From Trichoplax adhaerens (Eukaryota > Animalia > Placozoa): 64,000 nucleotides of DNA. The DNA is taken from contig NW_002060946.1 in NCBI RefSeq assembly GCF_000150275.1, positions 1,173,562-1,237,561 on the forward strand, written 5' to 3'. Positions 52,495-64,000 of the stretch are shown one piece after another; the stretch's first letter is position 1; every line of letters begins with the position of its first letter. The notes beneath the pieces are model-generated. The model was given only the letters and a program-made list of their open reading frames with translations. It was not told where the DNA came from and made no database searches. The translations under genes were made by a program, and so were the position numbers.

Positions 52495-53549
52495 TGACGT
52501 ATTGTTGTTCTGAACTCTCTATATGGATTAAGTCAACGACCAAAAAGGTGAGCGGCCAATAGATATAGTTAAATCTTCTTGCGTACAATACTACGTATAC
52601 CGCTTGGATTACTGTGGAGGCTTTACATCGGGATTTTTTCGCAATGGATACTGCACTTATTACCCATCGACATACGGTATATCCATTTGAATACAAATAC
52701 CTTGATGTATTAAATTCTAAATATCATATTTGATACTTTCAAGTAAGACAAACATACTTACTTGAATTCCGTTTAATCGACCTGATTGTGTACCATCGAC
52801 ATTATATCTCGACTTCTTCATTTCTCATGTACGTATCCTGTTATATTGCGATTATTATGTATTTAGAAAAAAATTGACAATGCCTTCACGACTCATAAAA
52901 GTTCTGAGCGCTTGTGATATATTAGTTAGCTACATTTGTCTTTATTCTTTGTGTCTCATAATGTACAAAAAATGACTGTTTTCAATAAACTTTACAGAAA
53001 TTGAAAAGATTGATAAAGATGGTATCGTTTTGCAAATGACTAGTTTTAATTTTGCTTAAAGCTGAATGCGAGTACACCTGTATTTACAAGATTGCAGTAT
53101 GAAGATAAAATTAATTTACAGGACTTTCAACTCTATGCGATTACAGCAATATCGTTACAGAGTGTTGACTCCAGTACAATTTAAACATAAGTAAATACGT
53201 TGAAAAGATTGATATTGATTAATCTTCAAAATTATAGTGTTTTCAAAGCGATCGTAGCATTCGCGATAATTTGAGGTGGAGTAGTTTCCTGCTTAGCGTC
53301 AATTAGAATATCAAATGCGAATGATAATAGTGATTGCAGGGTTTTAGATTACTATTACAGCCAATTCGCTAAAATGATTTTAATTTGACAATTATATAAA
53401 ATGATATCAGATAGCAATTAACGTTAAATAATGTAGGAGTGGTTATGTACAGGATCAATTGGAGAGTAGTTGCATATTAATTAACATGTAATAGACCTGT
53501 ATTTAAAAGTTTCTTTATGGAGGTAAGTTGATACTTCATTTCGGTAATA

Positions 53550-56429
53550 TTAACGAAATTTTTCCCTCAGTTTATGCCATTCACTTGCCACCGCAGTGCG
53601 TTTCTGCCAAAGATATTCCTGACCATATAGTATATACGCTCTAGGTTTGTTATGATAGCATAAAGCTTAAAATTTCTAAAGTTATGAAAACCCAGGTAAT
53701 GCTTTTTTATTGTGTCTGACTAACCCTCCAAATAGTGCTCCACTTAGATGTGCAGAATGACTCAAAAATCTCCACCTAAATAGTAGTCCTAATACATCAA
53801 TGGCCATTATCGCTAGCATTCCCTAATAGTAAAAAGTGATCCTAAGTATATTTGTAATAATGCAGCAATGGATAACATAGGGCATTTGAAAGTTCTTACG
53901 TGAGTAATTGGGAAAGAGAAAAATGGAAGAAATATTATAGATAGTTGAGTATCAGGTCTTTTCAAACATATTACTGCTAATGTTCCCATTAATGCACCAG
54001 ACTAAAAGAAATCCAACCGTTCAATATTTTTACGTGGTACTTTATACTACATAATTTATGACACTATTCAGATTTACTTACCGCTCCAAGTCCAAACACC
54101 CGAGTGCTTCTAATTGCTAGATGATATAAGTTTTGGCCAAGTGAGGCAAACACGCCTATTAAAACAGAGTCAGATACACTGTTACACGTGTATTGTAATT
54201 GTTTACAAAGTTAAAGGGATATTTAGCATGATAGCATATTCTTCAACTCTTAAAATTATCAATATTCTTTTAAGTTTCTAGGTTGTTCAGAACTCATCTA
54301 CATTACCAGCTGATATGTACGTAGCGAAAAATTGCTCTTTACCAAGTATATCTAGTGAATTGAGTCAAAATTGAGAACAGTTATTATCAAAGTAAGAATG
54401 TGTACTGAATTGCTTATTCACTTTGAAGACTGAATGAGATACTTGATAAAATTATTAAATGCTAGTAAAGTATGTGTATAACTCCCATCAAATAGTAGTA
54501 CCGCATGCTAAAGGTGCAAAATTCCATAAAACAAACATATTCATGCCAAGGTGCCACCAATCGAAATGGCTGAAGGTGCTTGTTAATAGGGTTATAGATC
54601 TGCCTATATTTACGATAAGTAAAGATATTAGCTTTCAATGTTAATTCATTTTGTAAGTAATAATAAAGAGATAGTTATCGCTATAAATGAGATTAGTAAA
54701 TTCATAAATACTTTACCACTAGCAGGGTTGTTTGTGAACCATCGTACCATAAATGGAAACAGCTTAGGGATCTTCCACAATGCAAACACTCCAGCATTAA
54801 TAGCTATGATGGCTGAGTGATAAGAAAGTTCAATTAAGGCTTAGTTAGAATTAGCTATTAAGGCTAAGTTATTGATAAAATGCACATTTCTAAAGATGCA
54901 GCAATAATTGAGTTTTCAACCATCAATTGTCTATTTGCAACCATATTAATTCTTTTCGAATTTTATAATTTAAATATGCAAGTAATTTATTTGGCTCTAA
55001 CTTGTAGCAACTTTGCGACTATCCGGTAAGGAATTCCACCATCGATTGAGCTGCGAAAATGTGTAGAGACTCCATTGATTAGCTTATACAGTAATGACAA
55101 TTATAATTATTTATTCTATGATGCATACAGCTAACATAATTTGAAAGGAATATAAGTTTGTTGATTGATTATACGATATCGATAGCGTTGATTAGTACAG
55201 ATGTATTTCCAAAAGTGAAGTACGTTTTGTAGTCCTACCTTTCTCCTGAATTCGCCATTTTTGTATCGTGTAAAATCCTGAAAGAAATCTTTAAAAGGGC
55301 CCCGTATCCTGCTTAGCCCCATGATACCCAATGATCTCATTTTCTCATATTCGGCAATGATAGCACCTGTAAAGCTTACGGCACATACCTTTCAAATATA
55401 ATATTAAATGTAGTTGTTACACTTTTATGAAGGGTAATATAGTAATATCACATAATTAAATATTGCAGCCACGCAAGCTTACAGCAACACTGAATATGAA
55501 CGGTTTCGTTACTAAGTTACGAAAGCTTGCATTCCGGTTCTTCTCATGCATATAACGGTCCGTAAATTTGTCAGCATTGTCATGTGTGCTACGTCTTAAT
55601 TGTCCCGGTCTAAACTGATGGCGGACAGCGTCCAATCGGAAGGGATTGTGCGTAGAGATATTTCTAAATAGAATTAAATAGAACTTATTTAGTGACTATT
55701 ACTTCATTCATTATTAACATATAATCGATTCGTTATTGGAGATTCAAACAATAATGTTCAACTTATTTTTATTATTTGCTACAAGGAATCGGATCGCAAA
55801 CATACATAAAACTGGCGATATCATGCTATCCACAATGTAGTATACTTAGGAGAAATCCATTATTAATTATTGGTCTTAAATGTTGAATATGCAGCATCTA
55901 TTTGACCACTGCGTTTATTATGAGCACTAATCTCAGCAGTAATAGGAATTACAGGTGGTGTTGATAAACTAATCATAGCGTCCGTGACAGCCTAAAGTAA
56001 TGATAATAATCCAGAATGTACAGTAGAATGAATCAGATATCTCTCTCTATATACAGTACATGAAAGTAGTTCCTTCTGATGCTGCTAATACAAGTCTTGT
56101 ATCATTATTATTTCTCTTACTTCTGCAGAAAAATATCCCAGTCTCACTACTTGATTAATAGAATTACTGCATAGGTACTGTAATGAACACAAATTGCACT
56201 TGATCGTCATTGCTAATTTATAGTCATTTGCATGGCATTGGCGCTCTAGTATTTAGTGAGTTAATTTGTAATGCAAGGTCAAGATTTAGCGCTGATAGCA
56301 TATAAGATATGCACTTAACGATCAATAATAGAATTGATCATTTATTCTCAAGGCGTCTACGTACCTGATGCAGAGTCTAGGCAAGCCCCTCGAGATTGCA
56401 GTAACCGTTGTTAAACCATTGATCATCAT
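53550..56429 (-). CDS. PARL: Mitochondrial rhomboid protease (presenilin-associated rhomboid-like), multi-exon
   Basis: Exons encode KPFIFSVA, NRWWNSL, TFSHFDWWHLGMNMFVLW, LGKEQFFATYISAG, the catalytic LGA|SGA and HSAHLSGALFG, and C-terminal YGQEYLWQKR...FR*. The N-terminus (MMINGLTTVTAISRGLPRL) resembles a mitochondrial presequence. Confidence 0.9.
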
Positions 56430-56774
56430 CGTCGCTTGAACACTATCGAGACTTCTCCTAAGGGTATACTCTCATGTACTCTACACACCGCCAGTTGTTC
56501 AATGAATATACACTGTACAAGAAATGATTGCCTGTGATTCCTTGGCTCATGTAATTTCCTATTGAGATGTTATTAAAGCTAGTGGATATTGTTATTGATT
56601 AATTGAAGATTTGTAGTCTTGTATTATAGGAGGAAGGAGCTGAGTTGCGTGCAGAGCCGATCGTCGGGTTGTCTTTCACACGCTTGACTACTGTACGAAA
56701 TGATGGAAGATTTTCATACTAAGTGAGCATCGATTGTACACTTTCCGGTATTCATGTTTTGGGCTGCATACACG

Positions 56775-57295
56775 ACATAGTACTGTGCCATTATACTGTA
56801 GTACCGTACAGTACAGTATTGCACACTCTATGCACAGTGTACAGTACTGTACTGTATTGCACGCTCTACCTGTACTGTATGCACAGTGTACTGTACAACA
56901 CAGTACAATGTACTGTACAGTACAAGATGCATGTCGGAGTACTTAGTACTGTAGTACTGTAGTGTACAGTATTGCACACTCCATGCACAGTGTACAGTGT
57001 ACAGTGTACAGTACAAGAGGCATACCGGTGTACTGTACACTGTACGGTACAGTACTGTACTGTACTGTACTGTACTACACATACTGTACTGTACAGTACA
57101 GTAGTTTACAGCCCGTACTGTAAACTACAGTACTAGAAAACTTTGAATAGCAGTACGCAAACATGATGCCATACTGTATTCAGTAGAAAGCTAGATCCAA
57201 TTGACGTACAGTACAGTACAGTTGCTACCCATATTGGCTAATGCACTGTAGCTAGTCGCCCTAAAAAGTACTGTACACTTACTGACTGAACTGCA
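56775..57295. repeat. ACAGT compound array 3 in the PARL/COG3 head-to-head gap
   Basis: Dense CAGTA, TACTG and CAGTGTA runs. Duplicated modules GTATTGCACACTC(T/C)ATGCACAGTG and GTACAAGA(T/G)GCAT..CGG(A/T)GTACT. Confidence 0.95.
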
Positions 57296-57377
57296 GTATC
57301 AAACGTCATCATAAGCCCAAAACAAAGCCACTGATGCCAAATCAGCCAAAACGCCTGCAAAATCTGCCAAAGTGAAC

Positions 57378-60300
57378 ATGGCGGCGTTGTCTTCTGTTCG
57401 TTCCAAGCAGGGCAATAAGAGCCAAATGGATCAATTGTCCTTATGGAATAGCAAGAATGAATGTATTGCTCCTCTAAGCGAGAGCCAAATCGATAGTATT
57501 CACCAGTTGGCTTTGCTATCCAGACATTTACCTATGCCATCTGATGTTACTCAGGTAGGTCTAGGATTAGCATTATCAGTCAAGGATGGCCATGCAATGG
57601 CTGGAAGGAAGCGATCTTATTTTAGCATAGAACGATTGATAATTGTGTTTTGACGCAGTGTTATAGCTTTTACGATGCATATTAGGTAGTGTAGTATAAT
57701 TTGTCTTTGTGGATTACATAGAATGTTTTATTTATGATATATAGACGACGATGAAAGCGGAAATCAAGGATGAAAAAGATCAAGCAAAGTCGATCAGTTC
57801 TATACCCGCTTCTCCACGATCGCCTAATATGCCAGAATCGTTTGAAAATCATGGCATGAAACAACCTGTCGAAACAGCACAACAGGTATTAATCTGACTA
57901 AATTGGAACGAATAGAAACACTTAAATCATTCCATCGTACTCTCTCTTATCTATAATGATATTACAGCGCTGTCGTTGCTTTCTTTAAATTCGTCAATCA
58001 TCACTATGGCAGCAAGAACTGGATGTCAGAGTCATCATTAATGGCGACATGTAGCAATGCATTGTAACACTTTATTCCTTTTTCTAGTTCTTTTCTTGGT
58101 TCGCAGATGTTGAATTACAGATGGAAAGTGAACAGGAACAAGAATATAGGTCAGTTGCAAGCTAAGTGGCGTATACAGCCGCCTTCGTACTTGTTAATTT
58201 ACGGCTACTCTGACGAGTACAATGTTGCTATCAGCAGTGGTAAAACACCTGCGTAGATATAAAGATAGACGCATTAGTTACGTTATCAACTTGGACTGCA
58301 CCTTGACCAATGACAATATTGGAGGTTTTACAGCTTCTTAAAGAATTCTTTTAATATGAACTATTATTACCTTTGAAAATAGTAATCATTCCCTTTACAA
58401 GTTACCCTACAGTGTTATAGTTTCACTTTTACTGTAAAAGGTGATGTTATCGGGATTGGTTTAGAAATGAAATCAAATAGAATGATATGTAATTTGAATG
58501 ATAGAGCATACAGCGATCAACTTGATCAATATTACCAGCTGTGTACGAGCATCGAAGAACAGATTGATAATGCTTTATATCACTTGGAAGAATTAAAAGA
58601 TCAGCATGTTACGGTTTCCACTAAAGCGAATACATTGCACGCTGCTTGTGAAAAATTACTAGCAGAGCAAGTGAGTTAATTCACGCTATTTTATCTTTTC
58701 GGCTTATTTGTTCAAGGTATTTACTAGGTATTTTAGTGTATAACGCTTACCATTGTGTTAGTAAAAATATTTTACCATATTCTTACATCGTACTTCGAAA
58801 CTAAAGCATGCAAATAACTTTGATGTTAGTAGTACATTGCACAATACTGCCTGTTTTAGAATTTGTAATGTTCGTCAATAGATTAAGTATCTATTATTTT
58901 GTGTACTTTAAGACAAAGCTGATGACTGTTGCTGAAAGTATAAATAACAAATTATCCTACTTTAACGAATTGGAAAAATTAAGTCGGGTATGTAAATGAT
59001 AATTAAAACAAATTCCATTGTAGTTGGTAAACTATTGACGATATTAAGGAATGGGGCAATGAATTCATTTTTTACTTACTCTGATAGAAATTAAGTTTAC
59101 CAACACTCTCGGTTACATCTGAGGCGTTTGCTAATATCCTTGCAAGACTTGATGAATGTCTTAGTTTCCTACAGTTAAATGTAAGTTATGTAAATACCCA
59201 TCGATGATTATGTACTATTAGATTTATTGATTTATTTCTGTACCTTTATTAATTTTATAAATTTGTGTTGCTTTTATTTTCTAGCCAAGCTATAAGGAAT
59301 CACAGATTTATACTCTGCGATTTCGTCAATGCTTACTCAGGTCATTAAATATGATAAAGCATTATGTAGTGTCTAGGTTCAAAAATACCACACAGATAAT
59401 TCTCAAACAGGTACTGTGTACTCTAGTTTCAATTTTAGTGCAACCTATAAGCGTATTTATAGACCATGATCTAGTGTATCTTATATGCGAGTATGTACAA
59501 ACCTACCGACTTAAAATTTAAATTAAAACAAATTTTATAGACTAATCGAGTAATACCTCCGGAAAGAGTATTTACTGAATATTACAATAACTTTCGTACG
59601 AGCTCAGCGAAAGTGAAGGTATGCAATTCTATTGGATATCCACAACGTTTGGTAATCGTTATTTTATAATTCCTAAATTGAATATACTTTGTTATTAGGT
59701 TGTTACTGAACTAGTGGAACAACGGGCAAATAAAAGCAAAGAGTAAGGACTAAAAATATAAAATTGTTCTATGGATGCGCCATGTAACCTTATTATCTAT
59801 TGATAGGTATTTTGCGCTATTGCAAGACTGCCGCCAGTGTTATACAACTCAACGAATTGCAATTATGACAGGCTATATTCAAAGATGGATTCAAACTATT
59901 CTACAAGAGCATCTTCGCGATCATTGTGCCCAGGTAGATGATGAAAGTATACTGCAATGATGGATACATACTTTGTTGCTTTGGAAAAAGTTTATCATAG
60001 TAAAACCAAGTTTTCATCTAATAGGTTCGAGCAGGCTGCAAATTTATGCTGCATGTCTGCCACGATGAATACGAGTTATATTTTAATTTCTATGGTATGG
60101 GAAGCGATGAAATTAGGTTAGCCAAAAAAGCAATTAGTAAATGTGTTGACACGAGTAATATATCGCCCCTTCGTTTACACTTTTCTATCACATATTATAG
60201 TCAGCTTTTAGAATACTTTTCGAATTGCTTATACACATCCTTGCGACCTGTTATTATCAAAATAAATCACTTGGAAACCCTCGCAGAACTTTGTTCAATC

Positions 60301-62612
60301 TTAAAGGTAATCACCATTGATATATTGTTAAAGGCGTCTATGTCTGAAATAGTTACATATTTTATTGAACTGCGTTGAAACAGAGTTTCTGATACGAGAT
60401 AAATTGATACTTGCAGACTGAATTATTGGAAGATCAAATCATTCCTAAAGGTAAACTAGAAATATGAGCTTGTCATTTTAACTGCAAAACTTGATAACTC
60501 ATTCCTGATATGCCATTTCCAAGGTGACGAGCTAGCAGCGTTCGGTTTAATTGTTTCTAATATGCTCGAAGATGTACAAGAGAGGCTTGTATATCGAGCA
60601 CAGGTAAAATTGTTTGTTGTTACTGTTGTATATTACTAATATAGTATTGGTGTATTTGATTGGACTTGTATTGACGCTCTTGCTAATTATTTTATTTATT
60701 AGGCATATATTCAAAACGATATTGATAGATATAATCCAGCACCAGGAGATTTAGCTTATCCTGACAAATTGCAAATGATTCATGACATGGAAGTAAATAT
60801 CATTTAAGTACAATTTTATGCTAGGGTAATGAAATTATGCATGCAGTACCACATGATGCTACTAAGGCTATTATTGTATTTTGACAATAGCAAAAGCAAA
60901 CGCCTGAAGATAAAGAAGGATTAGATGATAGCTTTACTGATCCTGAAATGACTTCTATACCGCTTGGATCTTCAACCCCAATGAACCGACCAATGCAACC
61001 GCTACCAGTAGTTCCAACCGCAGATTCATATGCTATGTGGTATCCAACTGTGCGTCGCACATTGCTATGCTTGTCAAAATTATACAGATGTGTTGATGTA
61101 AGTAGGATGATTTAGTGAGCCTCTGCGAAGATATCGCTTAAATGTAGTTTTCACTTTTTTATTTAGAAATATATCTTTGAAGGACTATCCCAGGAAGCTA
61201 TTTCTGTCTGCATCCGATCTTTAATCAAAGCTAGTCAAATGATTATAAGCAAAAAGGTTGCTGAGATTTTCAATATCATCTGAGTTAGTAACAACGAATT
61301 AAAATGCAGAATTATTTTCTTTTTGAATAGAGTAAAACCGATGGCTACCTATTTATTATTAAACATATATTAATATTACGAGAACAAATAGCCCCATTTG
61401 AAGTCGAATTTGCCGTGAAAGAAACTTCACTTGACTTTAGCCATATTAAAGGTTTAACAATACTTTTTAATACTTGAAATATTTTTTAATGTCTACTAAC
61501 ATCGCTTCTTGGTGTAAAATTGTTGTAGATGTTGCGTACGATTTGTACTTGAAGGGTCGCAAAGGTTTGACGTTGGATAGTAATAACACTGTTCTAAAGT
61601 TACTACTGGATGTAAGCTCAACTATAACGATAATTTTTTTTAAAATAAAATTGATTAAAAATTCGATTTGGAGGGAAATGATCTATAAAATCATATTGTT
61701 TTTATCTAGGGTATTCCGCATGTCACTGAAAGTTACGTCGATTCTAAAGAAAATGTGAATAAGAATTTAAAGGAATATTGTCAACTATTTATAAATCATG
61801 TCACAGATCTGTTTGTAGCTCCTATTAAAGCATTTATGGATAGGGTAAGTATTGCAATTTCTAAACACTGTTCGTATGTAAGAAAATATCTGAGCTACGT
61901 TTTGATTTTAAAATAAATTTGTGCGGTAATATAGGCAGAAGTGATTTTGTCAATGGACAAGAACAACTCTAAAAATAATAAGGTTTTTCTGGCAAAACAA
62001 CCTTTCGCGCAACCTGGCAAGTTATTTACAAATACAAACTATAATTTTATGTTCTCAGTTTTAGCAGTTAATTTATGGTTATATCTTTCTGAAATCCTTT
62101 AGAAAAAGTTCGTGAAGTTATTAATGAAACGTATACAGGTATAAAAAGAAAGGTTACCGGCATTTTAATGAGTATGTCTATTTATTTGTCCAACAAAGAT
62201 ACCGAATACATTCTATTTAAGCCAATTAAGGTAATAACGAATTAGTTTAGGTTTTTCTTATTGAATCGTTCGACGTGATTTAAACTATCATGATTTCCTG
62301 GATCGCTAAAATTTAATATTTGGCGTATAATTAGGCGAATGTATTACAAACTTTTAAGAAGGCATCAGAACTGATTTCCTCAAATTATTCTGATGAAGAC
62401 CAACAAATTATAGGCTGTCCATCTCAAGATCAGGTAATTACATCGTTAGATGTTATATATATTAAAGACTTTATCACAAAATTCTTCCATGAGGATGTCT
62501 TGAATGTCTTTTACAGTCAACACAACTGTTATAGTTATGCATTTCTTATTTTGTTTACTTACTAAATTAGGTTACAATGCTACTTGCAACAACGAAAGTA
62601 GCAGAAGATTGA
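57378..62612 (+). CDS. COG3: Conserved oligomeric Golgi complex subunit 3 (Sec34), multi-exon
   Basis: Exons encode [117 protein letters not shown] and [14 protein letters not shown]; TGA at 62610-62612. Confidence 0.93.
62017..62102 (+). other. GC-AG intron in COG3
   Basis: CCT G|GCAAGT...TTTAG|AA gives QPFAQP-E-KVREV. The nearby GT donor leads to stops with each acceptor I tried. Confidence 0.75.
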
Positions 62613-63480
62613 AACGTTACGAGATTATAATATTAAGAATTCTATTATTAGCAACAGTGTGGCTTTTATTGCAAACAATGCAATTTGTATATATGTTAAA
62701 ATTGAAGCTTGCTTCATCATTTTCCCTTTCAAATTAACTTGTCCATAATATAATGTATTGAGCAGTCTTTATAGCACTAAGATTATATCGATCTGTGATA
62801 ATTTTTGTTTTGAAACAGCAAAATATGCGGCTATATTTAACAACGGTAGCAACGTGAAGTTATCGCTACTCTCTTTACTGTACTGTATGTATGTCTCTAA
62901 CTGCTATTACAATTTGGAAACTAAATCAAAATTTTTATTAAACATTTGTAACCTAACTTACGCGAGAAGTCAAAGAGTATTTTTACAATGTTTTTGTCTC
63001 AAGTACTGCATTAATATCAATACTAGAACAATTAGTATTGTGGCTATAGTAATGAAAGCAGACTATCAATTGCTATTACTGACATAGGTTGGATACTGGT
63101 TATTGCCCTGGGTATATATGTACAGTTACACAAAAACAACACAAAATAATGGCATAATTAGGCTAAGCTTTATTTAGATAAATTCGTGCATTTTTCATCG
63201 TTATTCGATGGCTTATAGTGTAAATCTGTAACATACCGGCGATAAGGATGTATTTTTTGGATACTATAATTAAACGTGATATGAACAGGTATTTACGATA
63301 GAAACTGCGATGAATGCTTTAAATAGATCTGTAACTAATTAATTATCTGAAACTAGAGATACAGTACATTGGTCATGCAGTTATTTGAATCAAATAGAGT
63401 AGATTACTTGTGATTATGCTAGAAACGACTACGGACGATTACTCAATCGTGGGAATTATATAACTATTAGTAGCTATACT

Positions 63481-63834
<354 letters not shown>

Positions 63835-64000
63835 CTATGGATATCAGGAGAATGATGGTACTGGCATTAATTATTTTTTACAGGTATTGATTTGTAATAA
63901 CTTTTATGTAGATTTCTGGAGCTGCACCTATAATGCTTGTTGTTCACTATAGCGTAAATGAGCCAAATGCAGACAGGACCACAAAACATTACAGTCAATA

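Noticed and set aside
56723-57082. Three overlapping YCTV-rich ORFs
   Set aside because: Same microsatellite artefact.
62504-63087. ORFs downstream of COG3
   Set aside because: They overlap the last COG3 intron and exon in another frame and the 3' UTR / convergent gap, and have no protein-like features.

Overview
AT-rich, intron-rich animal genomic DNA. It is probably placozoan (Trichoplax-like); this is inferred from the gene style, short introns and ACAGT arrays, not proven. Left part (1-25.5 kb): a tandem cluster of four minus-strand class C GPCR genes. Three are complete two-exon genes and one is cut by the window edge; diverged local tandem repeats lie between them. Middle (28.9-46.4 kb): an axonemal dynein heavy chain (DNAH2-like) with about 33 coding exons. 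One 8,546-bp exon covers almost the whole motor; the gene also has a U12-type intron and an upstream RFX X-box. Right part: ARGLU1 (+), PARL (-), COG3 (+) and the 3' end of EBPL (-). The best candidates for undescribed biology are four. (i) Palindromic CAGTA/TACTG arrays with shuffled unique modules sit only in the two head-to-head promoter gaps. (ii) The dynein gene has an intron-free core. (iii) The GPCRs have lost the amino-acid-binding signature and one paired disulfide. (iv) ARGLU1 has a candidate poison exon. All exon boundaries were read by eye.
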